Below, piece by piece: positions 50,575-61,343 of a stretch of DNA of 64,000 bases (the stretch's first letter is position 1; every line of letters starts with the position of its first letter). The notes under the pieces are model-generated. The model searched no databases. It saw nothing but the letters and a program-made list of their open reading frames with translations, and had not been told where the DNA came from. The translations under genes were made by a program, and so were the position numbers. The stretch comes from Macrostomum lignano (lineage: Eukaryota). The stretch spans positions 1,054,001 to 1,118,000 of the forward strand of contig NIVC01000067.1 in assembly GCA_002269645.1 (NCBI GenBank). Direction: 5' to 3'.

Positions 50575-51030
50575 AACCGTTGCTATGAGAACCAGTTGTA
50601 TTACCAACCGTTGCTAAGGAGTTGCTATATCAGCAACTGTTGCTAAAGTGTTGTATTAGCAACTGTCGCTAAAGCTTTAACCGTTGCTAAGGACCTGCTG
50701 TATTACCAACCGTTGCTAAGGAGTTGCTATATCAGCAACTGTTGCTAAAGTGTTGTATTAGCAACTGTCGCTATAGTTTTAACCGTTGCTGAGGACCTGC
50801 TGTATTACCAACCGTTGCTAAGGAGTTGCTATATCAGCAACTGTTGCTAAAGTGTTGTATTAGCAACTGTCGCTATAGTTTTAACCGTTGCTGAGGACCT
50901 GCTGTTTTACCAACCGTTGCTAAGATGTTTTCATAAATTATAACCGTTGTTAATTAAAGAGTTGTTCTATCAGCAACCGTTGCTAAAGAGTCGTATTAGC
51001 AACCGTTGCTAAGGGGTTGTATTAGCAAGA
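50575..51030. repeat. ~115-bp tandem repeat built from AACCGTTGCTAAG / CAGCAACTGTTGCT subunits
   Basis: Direct reading. Confidence 0.85.
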
Positions 51031-51374
51031 ACTAAGGGTCTTGGACTTAGCGAAAAACAAACGGCTGTCTCGAAAAAAGGTTCAAATCTTAAGTTTATTA
51101 CGAGATATTTCTATGCTTGCTCGATCGCATCTCATTGCGTGTATGCTAGCTCTAGTTCAAGTTTTTAAATGGTTTTTCTGTCTTTTAGAAAAGTGTCTAA
51201 TGTACTTTGTCTGTCAATCTGTATACCCAATAAAGTACAAATTGCAGTTATTGTGGCTTGTTGGCAATGCGAACGCATTTAGCACTGCTGACTGATTGCA
51301 GCGTTTCATGCAATTGTTTATGCCTTCTCTATCGACCTTTGTTTCTGAATTTTTCTCAATTTTGAATGAAATAT

Positions 51375-51875
51375 TGATCTGACAATGTGGATAGGTATCT
51401 GACAATTCCGATAGGGATCTGACAATTCCGATAGAGATCTGACAATTCCGATAGGGATCTGACAATTCCGATAGGGATCTGACAATGCGGATAGGTATCT
51501 GACAATCCGGATAGGGATCTGACAATGCGGATAGGGATCTGACAATGCGGATAGGGATTTGACAATCCGGATAGGGATCTGACAATGCGGATAGGGATCT
51601 GACAATGCGGATAGGGATCTGACAATGCGGATAGGGATTTGACAATCCGGATAGGGATCTGACAATGCGGATAGGGATTTGACAATCCGGATAGGGATCT
51701 GACAATGCGGATAGGGATCTGACAATGCGGATAGGGATCTGACAATTCCGATAGGGATCTGACAATGCGGATACGGATCTGACAATGCGGGTATGGATCT
51801 GACAATGCGGATATGGATCTGACAATGCGGATAAGGATCTGACAATGCGGATAAGGATCTGACAATGCAGATAGG
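51375..51875. repeat. 20-bp minisatellite GATCTGACAATGCGGATAGG
   Basis: Direct reading. Confidence 0.95.
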
Positions 51876-52197
51876 GAATAAAAAGGAAATGAAAAGACTC
51901 AATTCAGACAGAATCATACCAAAGTCGTGTTCAGTCTGCTTTCTAATATACTTAGCTAAATTAAAGTAAAGCTTATAAAAAGTACATTAAACTAAAAACA
52001 ATAAAATTTATTTCAACTTTTTGTACCATTTGCTGCGGTTAACCATTTGAAAAGGCATTAATAATATTGTCTCTCAGTTGCTAAGTAAATGACGGTATCT
52101 GGTTATGTGAAATTAAAATAACAGATCTCAGTTTCTAATTCTAATATAAGTGTCACTGGCAGCTGTTTGCGATCTGTGAATATATCTGGGTCAGTGC

Positions 52198-53707
52198 TTA
52201 GGCATAGAAGTCCTGCTGCATCCGCTGCTGCACAAACTCCTGCAAAGTGTGGCGCAGTCGTTCCATCTCTTCTAGGGACTGCCTGCCCAGCTTGTAAACC
52301 CGCTTCTTTTTGCACCTGCCGGAGTCCTGGGCAGCGAAGTATCCTCCTGTGGCAGCGTTGCCGCGTCGCACCCTGTTATAGGGCGAGAATTAAGCCATGA
52401 AACAATAAGATTCTTCATAGATCCCCACTTATCAGATCCCTATTTCTAATCTCAGATACCTATCTATAGTCTCTGATATCATTTTTAACCTATGATCCCC
52501 ATTTGTAGTCTCTTATCCCCATTTATAGCCTCAGATCCCCATTTCTAATCTCAGATCCCATTTATAATCTCAGATCCCCATTTCTAATCTCAGATCCCCA
52601 TTTCTAATCTCAGATTCCCATTTCTAATCTCAGATTCCCATTTTTAATCTCAGATTCCCATTTCTAATCTCAGATCCCCATTTCTAATCTCAGATCCCCA
52701 TTTCTAATCTCAGATCCGCATTTCTAATCTCAGATCCCCATTTCTAATCTCAGATCCCCATTTATAATCTCAGATCCCCATTTCTAATCTCAGATCCCCA
52801 TTTCTAATCTCAGATCCCCATTTACAATCTCAGATCCCCATTTTTAATCTCAGATTCCCATTTCTAATCTCAGATTCCCATAAGTAGACACAGGTCCCCA
52901 TAAGTAAACTCAGATCCCCATCAGGAAGTGCAGTGTCGCACCGCATGGCCCTGGCAAAGGTCTCGTATTTGCCAGTCCGGTTCCCTTTGATCCTCTGCCA
53001 CAGCAGCGCCATGGTCTCCGTGTCCAGCGCCTTGAAGAAGCCGCTCTGGCCGCTGCAGCGCCGGCCCAGTTGGTCGCAGAAGGCGAGAATTCCAGCCAGA
53101 CCGGCCGGGAAGTTGATGGCGCCATTCAGGGCGCCCTGGGTGATGAGCAGCACGATGAGGATGACTTCGTGAACTCGAACCCGCGATGAGAGACCATCAG
53201 GCCGGTTGCCGCGGCTCTCTGGGGTTGATTGATTGATTGATAGATTGGTTGGCTGGTAGTTTGGTAGATTGATAGGCTGGTAGTTTGGTAGATTGATAGG
53301 CTGGTAGTTTGGTAGATTGATAGGCTGGTAGTTTGGTAGATTGATTGGTAGTTTGGTAGGTAGATACACGAGCGTAGTTGTAGCCTAGTACGAGTAGGTT
53401 GGTAGGTTAAAAGGCGGGTAGGTTGGTTGGTAGATTGGTAGGTTGGTAGATTGCTAGGTTGGTAGATTGCTAGGTTGGTAGGTTGGCAGATTGGTAGGTT
53501 GGTAGATTGCTAGGTTGGTAGGTTGGCAGATTGGTAGGTTGGTAGATTGTTTAGTAAATAAGTAGGCTGGTAGTAGTTTGGAAGATTTAATCGTTTCTCT
53601 CACCAATAATCAGTTTTATGAAGTCGGACATCTCCTTAATCTCCTGTTCACGACTCGCTTCTGGATAGACAAGCTTCTGCGACGGCGGCTGCTGCTGCTG
53701 CGGCGGC

Positions 53708-53764
<57 letters not shown>

Positions 53765-53991
53765 GTCGGCGGCTTCGACGGCGATAGCGGAGGCGTCAGC
53801 GAGGGCGGCTGCTGTTGATATGGCGGCAGAATAGGCGCGGGTTCGTGTCCTTCAACTGGCTCGAGTTGGAGAAACTCCGCGACCGGCGGCAGTTGGAAGT
53901 AAAACTCTGTTGATTCGACCAGTCTCTGGTTGGGCCATAGATAGTCGCTGCCATTGTGGAGTAGCAGGGGTTCGCGATTAGTCCACGGAAT
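52198..53991 (-). CDS. Divergent ETS-domain (winged-helix) transcription factor-like gene, 5' end not found
   Basis: Exons 53991-53604 (Pro/Gln-rich), 53218-52942 and 52372-52198, phases 1/2 matching. FKALDTETMALLWQRIKGNRTGKYETFARAMR...KKKRVYKL resembles the ETS pattern F-x-L-x-D...ARLWG..K....Y-x-K-LSRALR...RLVYKF. Confidence 0.7.
52430..52920. repeat. 20-bp minisatellite TCTCAGATCCCCATTTCTAA
   Basis: Direct reading; last intron of the ETS-like gene. Confidence 0.95.
53225..53570. repeat. Degenerate TGGTAG/GGTT microsatellite
   Basis: Direct reading. A similar reverse-complement tract lies at 57800-57935. Confidence 0.85.
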
Positions 53992-54044
53992 CTATCTGCT
54001 CGATAGGCTACAGCAATGCCGCATCTACATGTCGATCAGAGGTT

Positions 54045-54440
54045 TACTCAAACACTACCAGGCTACTCCCAGACACTACTAGGCTACTCTCAGACACTTC
54101 TAGGCTACTCCCAGACACTACTAGGCTACCACTCCCAGACACTACTAGGCTACCACTCCCAGAAACTACTAGGCTACTCCCAGACACTACTAGGCTACCA
54201 CTCCCAGACACTACTAGGCTACCACTCCCAGACACTACTAGGCTACCACTCCCAGACACTACTAGGCTACCACTCCCAGACACTACTAGGCTACCACTCC
54301 CAGACACTACTAGGCTACTCCCAGACACTACTAGGCTACCACTCCCAGACACTACTAGGCTACCACTCCCAGACACTACTAGGCTACCACTCCCAGACAC
54401 TACTAGGCTACTCCCAGACACTACTAGGCTACTCCCAGAC
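54045..54440. repeat. 21/24-bp minisatellite ACTCCCAGACACTACTAGGCT(ACC)
   Basis: Direct reading; reverse complement of the 54965-57205 array. Confidence 0.95.
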
Positions 54441-54964
54441 ACTATCTCAGCGGTTTGACAAACCCAGGGGTCGCTGAACTCCGGCTTATGAATCTCCAAA
54501 AAACTCAATTACCGCTCAAAGTCTGTGTCTCTTCTCAGCTCTCTCTCTCTCTCTCCTCTCCCCTCTCATCTCTTATCTTTTCTCTTATCCAATATCCCGC
54601 TCAACATAAATATTTAACTTACTCCATAGTTTCCGCCGCGTTGTGTGAGTTGTGTCAGTTTTTTTAGCTACTGTTATTTCGTATTCTGTTGTCACAGTTG
54701 CTTGTGCCACTTTTCAGCCAGTTATTTAAACCTTTTCAATGAAAAAACGCGCCGGAGTGTGACCACCAACATGTCGGACAGCGAGCAGGCTTTTCGAGTT
54801 GAACTCGTGAAAACACTCGCAGATAAAAGATGAGGTGTGTAGAAACCTAGCAGCTTCTTTTCTGCCATTGTCTAGCCGAGGAGTTTTACAATGCGCAGGT
54901 ATATATCTGGAATGCTTCCACTCTCATTTTTTGCATGCACGGAATTGAAGTTTTCTGTATGTAA

Positions 54965-57205
54965 TTCTCTGGGAGTAGCCTAGCAGTGTCTGGGAGTAGC
55001 CTAGTAGTGTCTGAGAGTAGCCAAGTAGTGTCTGAGAGTAGCCAAGTAGTGTCTGAGAGTAGCCAAGTAGTTTCTGGGAGTAGCCTAGTAGTGTCTGGGA
55101 GTAGCCTAGTAGTGTCTGGGAGTAGCCTAGTAGTGTCTGGGAGTAGCCTAGTAGTGTCTGGGAGTAGCCTAGTAGTGTCTGGGAGTAGCCTAGTAGTGTC
55201 TGGGAGTAGCCAGTAATGTCTGGGAGTAGCCTAGTAGTGTCTGGGAGTAGCCTAGTAGTGTCTGGGAGTAGCCAGTAATGTCTGGGAGTAGCCTAGTAGT
55301 GTCTGGGAGTGGTAGCCTAGTAGTGTCTGGGAGTAGCCAGTAGTGTCTGGGAGTAGCCTAGTAGTGTCTGGGAGTAGCCTAGTAGTGTCTGGGAGTGGTA
55401 GCCTAGTAGTGTCTGGGAGTAGCCTAGTAGTGTCTGGGAGTGGTAGCCTAGTAGTGTCTGGGAGTAGCCTAGTAGTGTCTGGGAGTAGCCAGTAATGTCT
55501 GGGAGTAGCCTAGTAGTGTCTGGGAGTAGCCAGTAATGTCTGGGAGTAGCCTAGTAGTGTCTGGGAGTAGCCAGTAGTGTCTGGGAGTAGCCTAGTAGTG
55601 TCTGGGAGTAGCCAGTAATGTCTGGGAGTAGCCTAGTAGTGTCTGGGAGTAGCCAGTAGTGTCTGGGAGTGGTAGCCTAGTAGTGTCTGGGAGTAGCCAG
55701 TAATGTCTGGGAGTAGCCTAGTAGTGTCTGGGAGTAGCCTAGTAGTGTCTGGGAGTGGTAGCCTAGTAGTGTCTGGGAGTAGCCTAGTAGTGTCTGGGAG
55801 TGGTAGCCTAGTAGTGTCTGGGAGTAGCCTAGTAGTGTCTGGGAGTAGCCAGTAGTGTCTGGGAGTAGCCTAGTAGTGTCTGGGAGTAGCCAGTAATGTC
55901 TGGGAGTAGCCTAGTGGTGTCTGGGTGTAGCCTAGTAGTGTCTGGGAGTGGTAGCCTAGTAGTGTCTGGGAGTAGCCTAGTAGTGTCTGGGAGTGGTAGC
56001 CTAGTAGTGTCTGGGAGTAGCCTAGTAGTGTCTGGGAGTAGCCTAGTAGTGTCTGGGAGTAGCCTAGTAGTGTCTGGGAGTAGCCAGTAGTGTCTGGGAG
56101 TAGCCTAGTAGTGTCTGGGAGTAGCCTAGTAGTGTCTGGGAGTGGTAGCCTAGTAGTGTCTGGGAGTAGCCTAGTAGTGTCTGGGAGTGGTAGCCTAGTA
56201 GTGTCTGGGAGTAGCCTAGTAGTGTCTGGGAGTAGCCAGTAATGTCTGGGAGTAGCCTAGTAGTGTCTGGGAGTAGCCAGTAATGTCTGGGAGTAGCCTA
56301 GTAGTGTCTGGGAGTAGCCAGTAGTGTCTGGGAGTAGCCTAGTAGTGTCTGGGAGTAGCCAGTAATGTCTGGGAGTAGCCTAGTAGTGTCTGGGAGTAGC
56401 CAGTAGTGTCTGGGAGTGGTAGCCTAGTAGTGTCTGGGAGTAGCCAGTAATGTCTGGGAGTAGCCTAGTAGTGTCTGGGAGTAGCCTAGTAGTGTCTGGG
56501 AGTGGTAGCCTAGTAGTGTCTGGGAGTAGCCTAGTAGTTTCTGGGAGTGGTAGCCTAGTAGTGTCTGGGAGTAGCCTAGTAGTGTCTGGGAGTAGCCAGT
56601 AGTGTCTGGGAGTAGCCTAGTAGTGTCTGGGAGTAGCCAGTAATGTCTGGGAGTAGCCTAGTGGTGTCTGGGTGTAGCCTAGTAGTGTCTGGGAGTGGTA
56701 GCCTAGTAGTGTCTGGGAGTAGCCTAGTAGTGTCTGGGAGTGGTAGCCTAGTAGTGTCTGGGAGTAGCCTAGTAGTGTCTGGGAGTAGCCAGTAGTGTCT
56801 GGGAGTAGCCTAGTAGTGTCTGGGAGTAGCCAGTAATGTCTGGGAGTAGCCTAGTGGTGTCTGGGAGTAGCCTAGTAGTGTCTGGGAGTAGCCTAGTAGT
56901 GTCTGGGAGTGGTAGCCTAGTAGTGTCTGGGAGTAGCCTAGTAGTGTCTGGGAGTGGTAGCCTAGTAGTGTCTGGGAGTAGCCTAGTAGTGTCTGGGAGT
57001 AGCCAGTAGTGTCTGGGAGTAGCCTAGTAGTGTCTGGGAGTAGCCAGTAATGTCTGGGAGTAGCCTAGTAGTGTCTGGGAGTAGCCTAGTAGTGTCTGGG
57101 AGTAGCCTAGTAGTGTCTGGGAGTAGCCTAGTAGTGTCTGGGAGTGGTAGCCTAGTAGTGTCTGGGAGTAGCCTAGTAGTGTCTGGGAGTGGTAGCCTAG
57201 TGGTC
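54965..57205. repeat. 21/24-bp minisatellite AGTAGCCTAGTAGTGTCTGGG, ~2.2 kb
   Basis: Direct reading; a further block lies at 57940-58140. Confidence 0.95.
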
Positions 57206-58579
57206 CTTGAGTTATTATTTTTAAAACCTAACCAAATCAAACATTTTGTGCCATTAATTTTGCTGTCCAGATGTTTCTATCCAGTACTCCATGACTCAGC
57301 TTGGCCTTTTGACAAACAAGTTTTCTATATTCAACAACAGAAACCATTCTATTTATCCGAACGGATATATAAAACAAAACTGAAATTGACTGCTATTCTG
57401 GCAGTGAAATTAACCAAGCTATTGTTAAGTGGAAAAATTTTATCTTGCAGAAGATACACTTGTTAATTAACCTGACCGGCGGCACTGTGTTGTTTATGCA
57501 CTGAGCCGCAGCTGAGACCCGCTTTTTGCTGTTGATGTCAGCGAAATCAAGTTAATTAATTTGCGCACTGCTATTCGGTGTAGATCGGAGTCTGGAGCTT
57601 TCTTGGCTGTTAAACCTCTTGAATAAGCAAAAAAATTCGTGTTTGAAAATTTCTATTCACTTCTTCTATTGTCTGAATTTTACAACAATTTTTTTGCATA
57701 GCTGGCACAATGGGCATGGCCTTTGCTGGTCAAGTGCTGCTTTGGGCCTTGGGGTGTCTGAGGTGTCTGGGCGGACCCAACCTGTCTGCAAAAACTACCT
57801 GCCCGCCTATCTACCCGGTTAACAACTTACCTACCTACGTACCTACCAACCTGTCTACCTATCTGTCTACCTACCTACCTACCTACTATCTACCTGTCGA
57901 GTTGTCTACCTATATGTACCTACCTGCCTACCTAGCTTAGTAGTGTCTGGGAGTAGCCTAGTGGTGTCTGGGAGTAGCCTAGTAGTGTCTGGGAGTAGCA
58001 TAGTAGTGTCTGAGAGTAGCCAAGTAGTGTCCGGGAGTAGCCTAGTAGTGTCTGGGAGTAGCCTAGTAGTGTCTGGGAGTAGCCTAGTAGTTTCTGGGAG
58101 TGGTAGCCTAGTAGTGTCTTTGAGAAGCCTAGTAGTGTCTCTTGCCGAGGTTTGCTCAGCAGTGTCTTTTAGCTGGCCTATGGCAAGGATAGTCCTGAAG
58201 TGTCACGTAGAATTGAGTCAGCTTCAGTGTGGCAATCTTCGAAATTAGTAAACTTTCTGCATCCAAAATAAAAGTGCTTTACTTCAATTTTCTAACCAGA
58301 TTTGCACTTTTAGTTTCCTTCCCAGTCAATCAATTTTTTGTTACATTATTATTATTACTACAAGCGTATTATTATTATTACTCAACAGGCTTTTCAATTT
58401 CTTTTTGTCGCAGTTAGTTTCAATCAAAACAGGCCAGCGAGCGGGGAAGGGATTAAGGATGGATTAGCTGCTACTGGCTTAGCCTCCTTCACGTCCGTGT
58501 TCAGTTCCTTTTCGAATCTGTCATAAATAATTAATTAGCTGCGTCGGAATGGACAGAACCCGGCGGGACAACTGTACCC

Positions 58580-58820
58580 AGGCAATAAACTGGCCTGGAG
58601 TGTCTGGGAAACAGTTTAGATATCTTAGTAAACTGGCAATAAACTGGCCTGGAGTGACTGGGAAACAGTTTAGACATCTTAGTAAACTGGCAATAAACTG
58701 GCCTGGAGTGTCTGGGAAACAGTTTAGATATCTTAGTAAACTGGCAATAAACTGGCCTGGAGTGACTGGGAAACAGTTTAGATATCTTAGTAAACTGGCA
58801 GTAAACTGGCCTGGAGTTTG
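58580..58820. repeat. 54-bp tandem repeat, ~4.5 units
   Basis: GCAATAAACTGGCCTGGAGTG(T/A)CTGGGAAACAGTTTAGATATCTTAGTAAACTG recurs at 54-bp spacing. Confidence 0.9.
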
Positions 58821-59099
58821 CACTTTCTTGAATAAGACTTGAGACACTTGGCAATGGTGTATCTTCTGTCTTTAACATGCACATACATACTTCAGTATTC
58901 AATCAAAATAACATTTTGCGGTTTGAAAGATCAAAAAATTGATTGATTGCTGTTCCACTAAGCCTGATCTGCAGCTATCGATCTTCTGCTATGCATTTAA
59001 AAGGATGTTTTTAATCGTCTGTTTCGTTGGTCGAGTCTTCTCATTGAAATGTTGAAGTTTTTGTCTGACAGACCAATTTTTGCAAAATGCCAATTCCCA

Positions 59100-59645
59100 T
59101 CCTCCTGCAGTGTTTATCGTTCAGAGTGCCATTTCCAGCAGTGCTTATCGTTCAGAGTGCCATTTCCTGCAGTGTTTATCGTTCAGAGTGCCATTTCCTG
59201 TCAGAGTGCCATTTCCTGTTCAGAGTGCCATTTCCTGTTCAGAGCGCCATTTCCTGCAGTGTTTATCGTTCAGAGTGCCATTTCCTGTTCAGAGTGCCAT
59301 TTCCTGTGCAGAGTGCTATTTCCTGTTCAGAGTGCCATTTCCTGTTCAGAGTGCCATTTCCTGTTCAGAGTGCCATTTCCTGTTCAGAGCGCCATTTCCT
59401 GCAGTGTTTATCGTTCAGAGTGCCATTTCCTGTTCAGAGTGCCATTTCCTGTTCAGAGCGCCATTTCCTGCAGTGTTTATCGTTCAGAGTGCCATTTCCT
59501 GTTCAGAGTGCCATTTCCTGTGCAGAGTGCCATTTCCTGTTCAGAGTGCCATTTCCTGTTCAGAGTGCCATTTCCTGTTCAGAGTGCCATTTCCTGTTCA
59601 GAGTGCCATTTCCTGTTCAGAGTGCCATTTCCTGTTCAGAGTGGC
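59100..59645. repeat. 19-bp minisatellite CAGAGTGCCATTTCCTGTT with interspersed CAGTGTTTATCGTT units
   Basis: Direct reading. Confidence 0.9.
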
Positions 59646-60064
59646 AGTCCCACGGAGTGCCACCCGATCTCCTCCCAATATTCCCTCACAAGCGCCATGC
59701 CCTGCCCTGCTGCCCTACCGCCCCCAGACAGGAACCACTAGCTCATGCTTCCGAGGCGATAAGGATTCATGAGATCCCTCAGAGTCCTGGCGAAGACACC
59801 GGGCTGGAGCGGAGCGAAAGTCAGAATCGATAAGCTCGTTTTTATGGATCAAGAGCGGCCTTCCAACACCCTTCTCCAGCCGCCTGATTATCGATTGCGG
59901 CTGGGAAGTCGCCACTCTGCCAGACGCTTCCCCAGCTGCCTGCATCTTCGGCTCAATGCTTGTCATGCACAGCCATAGTCTGACACGGCTTCGCCTCATC
60001 CTAACGATTTGGTTTGCTGTTCTAAATGAAATTCTTTCTAAAGCCTGACTTCCAATACCTATCC

Positions 60065-60670
60065 ACTAGGTTGCCTCTTGTCTCCCTTCGTCTCCCCTCG
60101 TCTCTCTCCCGTTGCCTCTCTTCCCTTCTCTCCCTCCCCTTCTCTATCTCCCCTTGTCTCTCTCCCTTATCTCTCTCCCCTCTCTCTCTCTCTCCCTCTC
60201 TCCTTGTCTCTTTCCCCTTGTCTCTCCTCTTATATCTCTCCTTATCTCTCTCCTTGTCTCTCTCCCCCTGTCTCTCTCCCCTTGTCTCTCTCCCCTTGTC
60301 TCTTCCTTTATCTCCCCTTATCTCTCCTCTTGTCTCTCTCCCCTTGTCTCTTCCTTTATCTCCCCTTATCTCTCCCCTTGTCTCTCTCCCCTTGTCTCTC
60401 TCGTTGTCTCTCTCCCCTTATCTCTCCCCTTGTCTCTCTCCCCTTGTCTCTCTCCCCCTATCTCTTTCCCCCTGTCTCTCTCCCCTTGTCTCTCTCCCCC
60501 TGTCTCTCCCCTCCAGTCTCTCTCCCACTGTCTCTCTCACCTTGTCTCTCTCCCCCTGTCTCTCTCCCCCTGTCTCTCTCCCCCTGTCTCTCTCCCCTTG
60601 TCTCTCCCCTCCTGTCTCTCTCCCACTGTCTCTCTCACCTTGTCTCTCTCCCCCTGTCTCTCTCCCAAGT
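60065..60670. repeat. CT-rich low-complexity repeat (CCCCTTGTCTCTCT variants)
   Basis: Direct reading. Confidence 0.9.
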
Positions 60671-61343
60671 GTAACTTCTAATCCCAAGTGTCCTTTTTAC
60701 AAGACATCCGCAAAAAACAAACGTACTCGAATACACAGCCGTCTGCATTTCTAAATAAAAAATTGAAATTATAGACAATACTAAACTGAAGTTCTGAAAG
60801 GCGTCTTTCCCTCACCCTGGTTACTGAGTGAGTCTGGAGTGGAAATGATTAGAAAGACAGCCGGCTTGAGTCTTCTGTCTTGAGTTCCTCCCCACTCTGT
60901 CTCCCCCTGTGAATTCTCGCGGGGCCGGACCGGTAGCCATTGCATTCATTATGCGCGCTTAATCTCATTTCCAAGAAAGGAAGAAGCAAAAAACTTCACT
61001 AGCTGTGCGCGCCCCAGGCCATTGACTCGCTGATATCGACCGCCAGTGCCCTACCTTCGATGCCGCCCGCGTGGAGCTCACAGCTGGTTGGCTTCGGGAC
61101 CCGAGTGGATTCAGGGCCGGCCTCCTCACTCCGCTGGCTAAGGACTGCTGCTGCTGCTGCTAGGGATTCTCTTCCTCTCTCCTCTCACCCCCTCCGCCTG
61201 CCGCCTCACCGCCGCCTCCCCCCCCCCATCGCAGCATTTGAAACCGTCGCTACTAAAATGAGCAGAGAAGGAGACTGAGACGCGTTAAGGGTGTTGAAAA
61301 GTGATAACTGGCAACTATAGTGAATTCAGCATCAACCCCATTG

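Noticed and set aside
54016-58248. SQTLLGYH / SGSSLVV ORFs
   Set aside because: Translations of the 21/24-bp array.
60026-60754. Leu/Ser/Pro-rich 190-240 aa ORFs
   Set aside because: CT-rich low-complexity DNA.
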